From NCBI GenBank assembly GCA_002269645.1, contig NIVC01003150.1, positions 52,377-116,376 of the forward strand: a DNA stretch of 64,000 nucleotides. Reading direction: 5' to 3'. Positions 24,901 through 35,800 of the stretch are shown in pieces (positions within the stretch are counted from its first letter, which is position 1; every line of letters starts with the position of its first letter). This stretch comes from Macrostomum lignano (Eukaryota). The translations under genes and the position numbers were made by a program. The notes below the pieces were generated by a model. The model saw nothing but the letters and a program-made list of their open reading frames with translations, did no database searches and was not told the DNA's origin.

Positions 24901-24999
24901 GCTGCTGCTGTTAGGTGATGATGCCTGAGACTGCTGCTCCTGTCCTTGCTGCTCCGGCGTCTGTGCTGAGCCTGACCAACTGAATATGCGGCTAAACAT
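21919..24999 (-). CDS. SENP7: SUMO-specific protease, SENP6/7 (Ulp2-like, peptidase C48)
   Basis: Exons 24999-24069, 23861-23645, 22294-21919, phases consistent, about 507 aa from ATG 24999; the true start may be upstream. Motifs LRPGEYFNDVIVDFYLKY, HWFLAVICFPG (His), CILVFDSL (Asp) and PQQPNAVDCG (Cys). Confidence 0.9.
22325..23580 (+). repeat. 27-bp intronic minisatellite (GGGATCTGGCTAGGGGATGTGGGATAT)n
   Basis: About 45 units filling SENP intron 2. Confidence 0.97.
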
Positions 25000-26418
25000 G
25001 CATGGCAATGCGGTGTTAATTATTGTCATTGGCAACTTTAACTACCATTTTGGATGTACTTCTAGTACTGGTAATATTGGCCACTTAATCACTGAGACTT
25101 TAAAGATGATTGGAGCTCCTGATTTAATGGAGGGGGTGTGAGGGGAACTCTCAAGTCCCTGAGGTTGGGGACTCAAGCATGCACATTGTGTAGATTGGGT
25201 GGTGGGAGGGTTTATTTAAGATGAATGTTTCCATTCCAATTCAAGGGGAGCTCTTAGGTTTCTAGGGTCAAAGACTCAAGCAACTGAGTTTTTCATGCCA
25301 CATGTACATTATGGTTGGGATAATAGGGGGGGGGGCTAATTGACTATAGATAAGGATATAAGAAATCTTTACTTATAGTAGAATTCTACAAATTATTTGA
25401 AATCATGTCTAAAACTGAGGGCCTATTAGATGCAAAAATGTACTTTAGTTATACAAAAATAGTACAAACACAAATGATTTTCCTAAATGGGAACCTTTTT
25501 AGGAAAGGTTACAAATGATAATTCAACCATGTTGAACATGAATCTACAGTCATTTTTTGTAGATTTTTCAGCAAAAAATACCTATTCCAATGTACCATGG
25601 CCCTATTTTGTGCCTAGATGTCTTTTTAATATCTAGAATTTTTTTATTATTAGTAGATCATTAAAATGTTATTTTAAGTTCAGGTTAGACTAAGAAAGCA
25701 ATAATAAAACTAATATAGGCTCAAAGGCTATATAGTGAAAGGCTTGCACATTCTTTAAGAAAGACTGACTTGTCTTTGACTTTGGAGACATAAAATGTTG
25801 ATAATCTACATTGATTTTATTGAATCAAGAATTACAATCCATTTTAATGTATTAAATTGACTTACTTACTAGGCCTGTTTGCCAAAAAGCTTGCTTATAA
25901 ATTTCCTAAGAAAGCTACACGCTTGGCTATTCATCTGGTATAAGCAGAGTAAACTAATTTTTTTAAATTATTTGCAAATTTTATGGCTAAAATTAATGTT
26001 TTAATAACTTTTTAACTAGGTTTAACTTTAAATATTCTTAAAATATAATATCGTATAGTATAGACTATAGCATTCCTATTTGCTAAAAATGTATTTGTAT
26101 TGTAGTAAATAGCCATTATTGCAAGCAGCATTTGGCATTGATTGGCCCCTAGCAATGCAAGTATGATATGGCATGTTAGCAGTCTAGCACAGTTTAGACC
26201 TTGACTGTAATAGAGAGTTATATCAATAATCTTCTTCAATTATTCAATCATATCCAAAAATATATATCAAGCTAAAGGTAGACTATATCAAGTAATAAAA
26301 TTTGTGAAGACTAAATGATAATACACTACATTAAATTTAAAGCCAAGTCTAAAAACTTCTAGAATATCCTTCCTATTGTTTAATAAAATTAGGCCTTAAA
26401 GTCAAGACAAAAAAGTAT

Positions 26419-28723
26419 ATAGAAAGCTTAATATCAACATTTGAATATGATTGCAATTTCTAACAACTTCAACGCGTTTTGCACGCCATGGTGCATCGTC
26501 AGGATTTTATTAGAACGATTTGAGAAATTGAGATTGAAAGCAATTGATTAAATATTGGTTTTTGCAACGTACACAGGTAAGGAGGGTAAGATTGAAAACA
26601 ATTGATTACAACTTGGCTTTAACAACATACAAAGGTATAGTAGGCAGGAGAGAGAATTATAGATTGAGATTGAAAATTAAACCAAATGTACACAATTCTT
26701 GTCCAGTGGTCAAAAGGCAGAATCAGGGGCGGTAGCTTAAGTAATTGAACGTCAAGCTAAGTGTACACAGCATGCACGACTGTGTCACTCACTGTTCAGA
26801 AAACGTGGAGAATGTGACCTGCACCACTATGTTGTAATTGGGTGTTGAGATTTGGGGTCTGAGCTTTTATGTGCAGGGCCTCGAGAATTCTAAGTTTGGA
26901 GTCAGTATGGCTTTGGTCAATGATTTTAAAGTGTTCTTCTGGTTTTCAGTCATTGCAGTTAGTGCATTCAAGGAGGTGAGTTTGCATAGCAGATGGTTTG
27001 AGCCAGTGTTCCCTGATCCTTGTGTGTAGGTGTCTTTTGGTTTTCCCCACGTAGGAGACGCTCTGGTCCACAGAGCAGTTAAATTGGTAGACAACACCTG
27101 CACGCAGAGTACAAGGAACACGCGACTTTAATCTGCTAACAAAGTTCCCAATCTTGTTCGTATGGAAGACGACCTGGATGTTACGATTGAAAGAGGCAAA
27201 GAATAACCTACGCATTCTGTTTTTAAAGGCTAGAGATGGAGGTCCGAGGAAGGGGAGATGCAGAATGGGTTCAAATTCTTTAGTGGTAACAGATTGCTCA
27301 GGTTTTTGTTTGGTGATTTTGTCCAAGATGAACTTGTTGATGATTTTTTGGACCAGACAAATGGGGTAGTCATTTTGATGGAACAGTCTGGTGAGGAACT
27401 GCACCTCCCAGTCAAAGTTGATCCAGGTGTTACAGGTAGTGAAAGCTCTATAGAGCAAACACCTCACGAGCCCAGTTTTCCATTGTCTGGGGCAAGTGGC
27501 TTGGAAGTTGAGAATGAGATTGGTAAAGCTTTTCTTACAGAAGACTTTTGTGGAGAGGGTTTCCTTACTGTAGTCAATGTCAATGTCCAGGAAGGGGAGT
27601 CTTTGGTCAACAGCATGTTCAACCGTGAATTTTATGTTCTTATGAGTGGAGTTGAGAGCGTGGAGGAACTGATCAGTTTTTTGCTCCTGATCAAAGATGG
27701 CAAACGTATCATCAACGTAGCACCTATAGAATTTGGGGGCACAGTTGAGACATCCAGTTTTCGGTTTCCCAGTGGGCCAAGCAGACGTTTGCCAGAGTGG
27801 GGGCCAAGGGGCTTCCCATGGCACAGCCATCAACTTGCCTATAGTATTTATTGTCAAACATAAAGATTCCAGAGATAGCAAAGCCCAGGAGTTTTCTAAA
27901 GGATGACTTGGCCATGGTGGGAGGGTTCGTGTTGTACACCAACTCAGTGGCATAGTCAATGGCCAGATCAAGGGAGATGTTGGTGAAGAGAGAAACATCA
28001 AAACTACATAGAGAGTCGGATCTGTTGAGCATAGGGTTGAACTTTTGAAGGTCATTGAGGAAGTCTTTATTGGATTTGGACATGAAATTGGAAGGAATGC
28101 AGGGCTTGATAAGAGAATCCAGGTACTTGGCAACTTTGTATTCGGCGGTGTTGACCATGGAGACAATTGGTCTAAGGGGATTGTCAGGTTTGTGGACTTT
28201 ACAAACCCCGTAGAGTTGTCCCGGTTGACTGCCACTAGGTAAGATGCGCTGATAGATGTTTGGTTCGATGTGTTGTTTGATATGGTTGCAGAGGAAATTT
28301 TGAAGAGATTGTTTGGCTTTGAGGATAGGATGCGACATGGTGACAGTGTCATGAGTGCCCAGGCACTGGAATTTGGTTTGGTCTTGGATGATACTGTGGA
28401 GTTTGTTGTTATAGTCATCGGTATTGAGAATGGCCACGCCATATCCTTTGTTGTAACTAACAATTTTAATTTTGTCAGATTTGCTTAACTGTTTGAGAGT
28501 ACAGTGTTGGAGTTGATTTTTCTTATTGGCAAGGCAGTTGGTGGCTTTGATAACAAAGTTTTCAAATTCAGCAATGATTTTTCTCCTAAAAGTATCTTGG
28601 ACTGATATAGTATTACTTATCCTGACGATGCACCATGGCGTGCGAAACGCATTGAAGTTGTTAGAAATTGCAAAGTTGTTAGAAATTGCAATCATATTCA
28701 AATGTTGATATTAAGCTTTCTAT
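26419..28723 (-). mobile_element. Penelope-like retroelement (RT + GIY-YIG), disrupted, with inverted terminal repeats
   Basis: RT motifs KVHKPDNPLRPIVS, SFDVSLFTN, GCAMGSPLAP, YVDDTF and LPFLD, with a frameshift near 27750. GIY-YIG motifs GVVYQFNC..YVGKTKRHLHTRIREH, then a TGA at 26946 and KLRILEALHIK..PNLNTQ to a stop at 26796. Inverted repeats at 26419-26505 and 28619-28723. Confidence 0.92.
28619..28660 (+). ncRNA. Minimal hammerhead-ribozyme core in the Penelope terminal repeat (second copy on the - strand at about 26468-26505)
   Basis: CUGACGA-U-GCAC/CAUGGC/GUGC stem II-GAAAC-GC(G/A)UU; stem I pairing is weak. Confidence 0.55.
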
Positions 28724-29189
28724 TTATTCTTCTCGCCAAGCGAGCGACTCTACCAGCAAAAAAGTATATAATTACAAAAATGATTATATAGCTAACATTG
28801 GTCAAATAAGCTTATTACTATTTAGCTAGCACTCTTGCCCTAATTGCTAGTCAAAAGTTTATCATCACCAAGCTTAATATATAAATTTTAGCATAAGTAA
28901 ATTATTAGAGCTAGAATTCTACTATAACCAATTTTTTCACATATCTACATCTATAGCCATATCTTGAAATTTTTCCCATAGCCTATCTGTATCCATATCC
29001 ATAGCTAGTAAGCTCTGTACTATTGTAACTACTATTCTTTAACCCCGATAGACACTGGAGAAGTAGCTGAATGCTGCATTTGCAATTATGCTATATGTGG
29101 CCTTTGAAGTGCATAGCAATTTAGACAATAAGATGGGCAATGACTGATTGGCTAGCAGAGGCCCTTTGCCCTGAGCTGCTACATAAAGT

Positions 29190-29703
29190 GCTGCTGCTCA
29201 AGCTGCAGGGATAGTGCAGGCAAGGCCAAGGTGCTGCTGCTCAAGCTGCAGGGATAGTGCAGGCAAGGTCAAGGTGCTGCTGCTCAAGCTGCAGGGATAG
29301 TGCAGGCAAGGCCAAGGTGCTGCTGCTCAAGCTGCAGGGATAGTGCAAGCAAGGCCAAGGTGCTACTGCTCAAGCTGCAGGGATAGTGCAGGCAAGGCCA
29401 AGGTGCTGCTGCTCAAGCTGCAGGGATAGTGCAAGCAAGGCCAAGGTGCTGCTGCTCAAGCTGCAGGGATAGTGCAGGCAAGGCCAAGGTGCTACTGCTC
29501 AAGCTGCAGGGATAGTGCAGGCAAGGCCAAGGTGCTGCTGCTCAAGCTGCAGGGATAGTGCAGGCAAGGCCAAGGTGCTGCTGCTCAAGCTGCAGGGATA
29601 GTGCAGGCAAGGCCAAGGTGCTGCTGCTCAAGCTGCAGGGATAGTGCAGGCAAGGCCAAGGTGCTGCTGCTCAAGCTGCAGGGATAGTGCAGGCAAGGCC
29701 AAG
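29190..29703 (+). repeat. 43-bp minisatellite (AAGGTGCTGCTGCTCAAGCTGCAGGGATAGTGCAGGCAAGGCC)n
   Basis: About 12 units. Confidence 0.96.
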
Positions 29704-30608
29704 GACAAATAGTAAGATTCTCTTTTTTGTTCCTTTTCTTTTCTCTCTTTCCCTTTTCCCCTCTCTTCTCTCCCCTCTTTTATTTTCCCTTTTCTTTTCT
29801 TTTTCTTTCTCTCTTCTCTCCTCTTTCCTGACATCTTTTATTGCATTTAAGTTACTAAAGTAACAAAATCTCCAATTCTTACCATTCAAGATCTTCTATG
29901 AGGGCAATAGCCTACACATCAATTGGTTTCTAAGAAGTCTCCTTTGCAATCTAGCCTTCTTTGATAATGGCAAATGCTAGATGGCTTCTTTATTAGTTTC
30001 ATTCATTCTAATATAAGCCCCTACCATCCTAACCACAATGTGCATATGGTGTAAAAATTGAGTCTTTGAACCCAAGGACTTTAGAGCTAGCTACCTTTGT
30101 ATTGAAAGTGAAAACATGTCTTAACTTTACCTTCCCTCCCATTTCAACACTAGAGTGCATATAGTGTCTTTGTTGCTTGAGTCCCTGATTTTAGAAACTT
30201 AAGACTCAAGAGCACCCTATATTAATGTAGGGAGCTACATTAATATATTAAATTAATGTTGAATGTTATATTTAATGCTATATGTTATATTATAATTAAT
30301 GTTATATTAAATTAATACTAAATTTCATATCAAATTTAGTCCTACAATCCCAATACCATCTTAGTCCCCAACCCTAAGGACTTAGGAGCTTCTTTTAAAA
30401 ATGATTTATCTTAACTTTAGCCTTACTATCCAACCTCAATGTGCATATAGAGTCAAAAATCTATCCCTATTATATATTATAAGTCCCCAACCCCAGACTT
30501 AAGAGCTTTAGCTAGATTTTACATTGGAAAATGAAAACTCTTATACTTTTGGGCAATGAATCTATTGCCCAACTACAACATGCATATGGCATCAAAACTT
30601 TTTGTTGC

Positions 30609-30862
30609 TGTCGTGTCGTGGCTGGCTAGCCAAACTTGAGCCGCAAATGGGCGAGAGGTTGTTATTTATTGTAGTTGGCATTGCACATAGATGTACATGC
30701 AGATACGAGTAAAGCATCAGCTAATAGATTAGACGGTTAGGCATAAGCGTACATTGACAGACAGAGCAGGCGGGGAGAGAGCAAGCAGTCCTAAACTCAG
30801 CGCCAATAACAATTGGGGTGCAGCCCCACACTGCGCACTTCAAGTCAAGTCACGATACAACA
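30609..30862 (-). repeat. Gypsy 3' LTR
   Basis: Identical by eye to 34739-34992. Confidence 0.96.
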
Positions 30863-30870
30863 TCCCCTCA

Positions 30871-32762
30871 TCACCAACGAGGAGACAGTCGGTCTGGGGC
30901 GACCCCTTTGGTCGACCTGCAGCTTCGTCGGGGCTCCGGTGTAGCTTCAGCGGCCTGCTGCGGTGGTGCCGCTGCGTCTGGCCGCTGGCTATCAGGTTCC
31001 GGGTTCCGGCCGCCTTCGTCAGGGTTCCGGCCGCCTTCGTCAGGGTTCCGGTCGCCGTCGTCAGGGCTCCGGCCGGCATCGTCAGGGTCCCGGCCGCTGT
31101 CGTCAGTGTTGTCCGTAACTTCCGCCCGGCTTGGACTCGGACGCAAGCGCAGCTGATCCCGGTGTGCCAGCACAGGCCTGTCATCCTTGTCCCGGGTGAC
31201 CACGGCCGTGTTGTGGCCGGCCTGTACCACAAAGCGGACGGTCTCAGCCGGCCCCCCGGTCGCGACCGGTAGACGAGCGGCGCATCGGTGTCGAATTGGA
31301 GGGTCAGCGGACTTCGCAGCTGTCGCCCCATAAGCGCAGATGGACTGCCACGCCCGTCGCCCCGCGGAGTGGCCCGGTAGTTAAGCAGCAGCTTGGCGAG
31401 GTACGCGTCGAACCGGCCCTGGTGCACGGCGAAGGCCCGCAGCCCCTTCTTGACGGTCTGGACCATGCGCTCGGCGCACCCGTTTGACTGCGGATGATAC
31501 GGCGGCGAGTGCATCGGCGAGCAGCCGATCTTCTTGAGCCACTCGTGCAGCTGCTGGTCACGGAACTCCGGAGCATTGTCCGCCACCAAGGTATGCGGCA
31601 CACCCAGGCGGGAGAAAATCAGGCGGAGTACCTTGATGACCGTCGTCGCGCTCTTGTCGGCAACAGGCACCGCTTCCGGCCAGCCGGAGAAGGCGTCCAC
31701 CACAATGAGCAGCAGGCCGAAGCCGGGAACGTGAGCATGGTCCATGTGCACACGTCTCCAGGGACCATCTTCAGCCGGCCAGGTGTGGCACGTTCTGGCA
31801 GGCATTGGACGGATCTCCGCGCATCGCTGGCATTGCTTGACGAAGTTTTCGACGTCCTCGCAGTGACCCGGCCACCAGGCTTCCAGCTTGAGTCGATTTC
31901 TTGTCGCTAGGGCACCGCAGTGCGAGTCGCCGTGAGCCGCTCGCAGCACGTCTTGCCGCAGCCGGCTAGGCGGGACCACCAGGTCTCTCAGGCAGACGAC
32001 GCCATTCTCCACTGAGAGCTGCTGGCGGACGGCTTTATACGGTCGCTCCGCTGCCGAGCAGTTGTTCCACGCATTGCTGCGGATCCTGCGCTTGACGCTG
32101 GCGAGTACCGGGTCATTGTCAGTGGCGTCTCTGATCTGCTCCAGCTTGAGCACCTCCGTCTCTGTCCAGTGAACGAAGCTTTCCTGGCAGTCGTCTCCAT
32201 CGCCTTCCTCCTTGAATTCAATTCGAGACAGCGCGTCGACATGCGGGATGCAGCTGCCCTTGATGTACGAGATTTCGTAGTCGAAGGCCGACAGCTGCAA
32301 CGCCCAGCGCATGATCCTAGCCGATGTGACCTTTGGAAGCTCCCGAGACGGACTAAAAATGAACTCCAATGGTTGATGATCGCACTGGAGCACAAACTTG
32401 CTGCCGAGAAGAAAGTGTCTGGCTCTCTGAGTAGCCCACACCACAGCCAGGGCCTCCCGCTCGATATTCGAGTAATTTCTCTCAGCCGGTGTCAGCCGTC
32501 TTGACAGGTACATCACTGGGTGCTCGTCCTGAGAGAGGATTGCTGCTATGGCCTTTTCGCTGGCGTCAGTAGTCAGAGTTGTGCGCTTTCTTGCATCGAA
32601 GATTCGGACCACTGGGGAAGCTGCAAGCGCCTGCTTGAGCTCGTCAAACGCTTTCTGCTGCCGAGGTCCCCAATGGAACGCGACTTTCTTGCTCCGCAGC
32701 TCGGTCAGCGGCTCGGTCTTCTCCGAGTAGGACTTGATGTAGCGCGAGTAGTACACCGTCAT
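30871..32762 (-). CDS. Gypsy RT connection - RNase H - integrase
   Basis: TDAS, YSNIEREALA, HHCC zinc finger, VDAFSGW, DNAPEF and SNGCAERMVQT; the C-terminus shifts frame at about 31255. Confidence 0.92.
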
Positions 32763-34738
32763 TCCAGAAACGATTCGAGTTCCTTTTTGCTCGCCGGGGT
32801 GCTCACGCCGAGGATTTTCTCCACCAGCTTCCGATCAGGGCGCACGCCGTCAGCCGCGATGCGGTAGCCAAGGAAACTGATTTCCGTGCTGCGGAAAACG
32901 CACTTTTTTTCGTTGATTGACATGCCGGCATCAGAAAGCGCTCTCAGCAGGTCCCGGACTTTGCTGTCCAATTCGTCCGCTGTGGTGGCGCCAACGCACA
33001 TGTCGTCTTGGTAGATCACCAGGTTGCTGACCGCACCGCCGACCGTTGCCTCCATGGCAGCCTGGAACTGCGCACTGGCCGTCTTCACCCCGTATGGCAT
33101 GCGCGTCCATCTGAGCAGGCCTAGGGGCGTGTTGATGGTGAGTATTTCTCTGGAGGCCTCGTCTAGCTCAATCTGGTTGTAGGCATTTGTTAAGTCTACA
33201 ATTGCGAAGTGCTTCATACCTGCCAGGGCACTGAAGGCTTGCTCGATGTTGGGCAGTGGGTAGGCGTCAGAGCAGATCTTCGGGTTCACCCCGACCTTGT
33301 AGTCGGAGCAGATTCTCAGGTCTCCGTCGGCCTTGCGCACCACCACAATGGGCGACGCCCAACTGCTGCCGCCTGGCGGCACGGGCTCGAGGATCCCGGC
33401 GTCGATCATCGTCCGCAGCTTAGCCACCACCAGCGGCTTGAGATGAATCGGGAGCGGCCGGGCATCGAAGAAGCTGGGCTGAGCGTTCTCCCTGAGCAGG
33501 ACCCGAGCACGGAAACCTTTGAGCTTGCCTAGCGGTTTGCTGCTGCGCTCCACTTGATTGACAGTCGCTGTGTCCAGCTTGAAGTCCAGCACGTCTGTTC
33601 CGATGAGGCCGTGCTCCTTTGTGCATTCGGTGACCGTCACGTCCGCACAGGCGATTTGTCTCCCGACTTCGATGAGCGCCGTGAAGCATCCTCTAGTTCT
33701 GATGACCGTTCCGTCAAATTGTCGCAGTCTCAGCTTGGACTTTCGTAGCTTGGGCTCACCGAGGCTCCTCCAGAAGTTTATCGGAATGATGCTCGCACCG
33801 GATCCAGAGTCGAGCTGCATTTTGAACGGCTTGCCTTCAATGAGCACAGTTTTTATGCTGCCGCTTCCGCTCTCGTTGCCGACGATGGTGTAGATGCCTG
33901 CCTGCTCACACTCACTCGTGTCGATTTCATGGGCAGGTGCAACCGACTTGGACTTGGCGCTGCTCCTGCAGACTGCAGCAAAGTGGTTCCTGCGGTGGCA
34001 CTTGTTACAGGTCTTCCCGAATGCAGGGCATTTGCCTGGCTGGTGCTGCAGACCACACGACCTGCACTGAGCACCGCTATTGCGGTTCCTGTCGATGCTG
34101 GCAACTGGTGTCGAACTCTCAGCCGTCTCGGAGCTTCTGCTAGGCTCTCGGGCTTCAGCAGATCGGTCGCTTGAGCTGTAGCTCTGGATGAGCTCTAACT
34201 GCTGGATGTACTGCAGACACGTGTCCAGAGTCACTGGATTCTCAGAGCTCTGAATGTGCTCAAGTGTTTTAGTCCGCTGGCTGTGGTCGCACAAGCCGCT
34301 GATCAGCAGTGTTTGGATCAAGTCATCCTCGGCTGACTGTTTGCAGTCTTTTTCGTTGAGCTTGTCAAACTCACAGTGCTTTGCCGCGTCTCTCAAGCGC
34401 TCCGCGAACTGCTGGGCCGACTCTGTTGACAGCTGCCGCTGGGACATGAACCTTGTGCGCTCTGCAATCACCAGTTTCTTTTTGGGCTGGAGTCGCCCGA
34501 TGATCATTTTCTTGATGTCCTTGAAGGTCATATCCTCAATGTTTTTCGGCTTTGCCATGATAGAGACGGATCGGACTGCATTGATTCCTGCTCGAGCAAG
34601 GAAGAGGTCTGTCACCTGCTTCTCTTCGTTTGTATCTCGCAGTTTTTTGTGCCTGCACAGTGCTTCAAAACTTTGCAGCCAGGCCTCAGCCATGGCTGGA
34701 TCATTGAGAGGTAATTCACTGGCTGCTTGCGACGCCAT
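32759..34738 (-). CDS. Gypsy gag - protease - RT (N-terminal part)
   Basis: CCHC knuckles, MQLDSGSGASII, WASPIVVV, DLTNAYNQI and YQDD; breaks at a 1-bp deletion near 32764. Confidence 0.92.
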   Translation of the reverse strand: MASQAASELPLNDPAMAEAWLQSFEALCRHKKLRDTNEEKQVTDLFLARAGINAVRSVSIMAKPKNIEDMTFKDIKKMIIGRLQPKKKLVIAERTRFMSQRQLSTESAQQFAERLRDAAKHCEFDKLNEKDCKQSAEDDLIQTLLISGLCDHSQRTKTLEHIQSSENPVTLDTCLQYIQQLELIQSYSSSDRSAEAREPSRSSETAESSTPVASIDRNRNSGAQCRSCGLQHQPGKCPAFGKTCNKCHRRNHFAAVCRSSAKSKSVAPAHEIDTSECEQAGIYTIVGNESGSGSIKTVLIEGKPFKMQLDSGSGASIIPINFWRSLGEPKLRKSKLRLRQFDGTVIRTRGCFTALIEVGRQIACADVTVTECTKEHGLIGTDVLDFKLDTATVNQVERSSKPLGKLKGFRARVLLRENAQPSFFDARPLPIHLKPLVVAKLRTMIDAGILEPVPPGGSSWASPIVVVRKADGDLRICSDYKVGVNPKICSDAYPLPNIEQAFSALAGMKHFAIVDLTNAYNQIELDEASREILTINTPLGLLRWTRMPYGVKTASAQFQAAMEATVGGAVSNLVIYQDDMCVGATTADELDSKVRDLLRALSDAGMSINEKKCVFRSTEISFLGYRIAADGVRPDRKLVEKILGVSTPASKKELESFLE

Positions 34739-34992
34739 TGTCGTGTCGTGGCTGGCTAGCCAAACTTGAGCCGCAAATGGGCGAGAGGTTGTTATTTATT
34801 GTAGTTGGCATTGCACATAGATGTACATGCAGATACGAGTAAAGCATCAGCTAATAGATTAGACGGTTAGGCATAAGCGTACATTGACAGACAGAGCAGG
34901 CGGGGAGAGAGCAAGCAGTCCTAAACTCAGCGCCAATAACAATTGGGGTGCAGCCCCACACTGCGCACTTCAAGTCAAGTCACGATACAACA
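34739..34992 (-). repeat. Gypsy 5' LTR
   Basis: Identical by eye to 30609-30862; PBS immediately adjacent. Confidence 0.96.
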
Positions 34993-35509
34993 GTTGCTTA
35001 AGTTTCCAAATCTTTAGGGGCCTATAAAGACTTATAAGCTCTTTTAAAGTGATAGGCCTAACATCTATCAAATTAACAACTCTCCAATGGTTGTAAATCA
35101 TGTTTCAATTGAGTAATATTGCTAGGCCTAGATATAATAACTAGATATGGGAAATATATTTCCACAACCATATCCATATTTATATACTTTGCCTTTGCCA
35201 AAAAACCATATCTATAACTTTTCATAGCTATATCCAATGCTACAATGGAACTCTAGTTAGAGCTGAAAGTAGGTCTATTAAGCAGATAATAAGTCTAGCC
35301 CTGATTAATTAATTTTTAGAATATTTTAAAATTATTAAAAAATATATAGATCTAGCCTAGGCCTAATCTAGGATATAATATGGTATAGGCCCTATCTAAA
35401 GTTGTTAGAAGCAAGGGTATTACCATAGATTTTATAATGTAAGCCTAGGCATTCATTTTTGTATTGTATACATTTATCTTAGTATAAGTATTGCAAATTG
35501 TAAACACTT

Positions 35510-35800
35510 ATTTTAACATTGCAGTTGTTCATTTCAATGCTATTAACATTAATTTTAGTGCTATAGATACTCATTTTGGCACTGCAAGCCCTTACTATGA
35601 TGCTATAAGCACTTATTTTAGTGTTATAGACCTAGGCCTAGTCACTTATTATGGCACTATAAATGTTCATTTTGGTATCATTAAGTACTCTTTTAGTTTT
35701 GGGTATCATAATAAGCACTCATTATAGACATAGTATTGCAAGCACTCATTTTATTTAATACTAGAAGCAAAGCATTTATTTTGGCATTGCAAATATTCAT
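35510..35800 (-). repeat. Decayed copy of the 21-bp AAAATGAGTGCC.. minisatellite
   Basis: ATTTTAGTGCTATAGATACTC and ATTTTGGCATTGCAAATATTC align to the reverse complement of the intact unit by transitions only. Confidence 0.75.

Larger units (their letters stand above)
30609..34992 (-). mobile_element. Full-length Ty3/Gypsy LTR retrotransposon, very recent insertion
   Basis: Identical 254-bp TG..CA LTRs at 30609-30862 and 34739-34992; TSD GTTGC; PBS TGGCGTCGCAAGCAG; PPT GATGAGGGGA; domain order PR-RT-RH-IN. Confidence 0.97.

Noticed and set aside
29190-29703. CRISPR-like appearance of 23-43-bp repeats
   Set aside because: Head-to-tail units with no unique spacers and no cas genes, in a eukaryotic context
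32755-32770. Programmed frameshift in the Gypsy
   Set aside because: It lies inside RT rather than at the gag-pol junction, has no slippery heptamer, and is fixed by one added G
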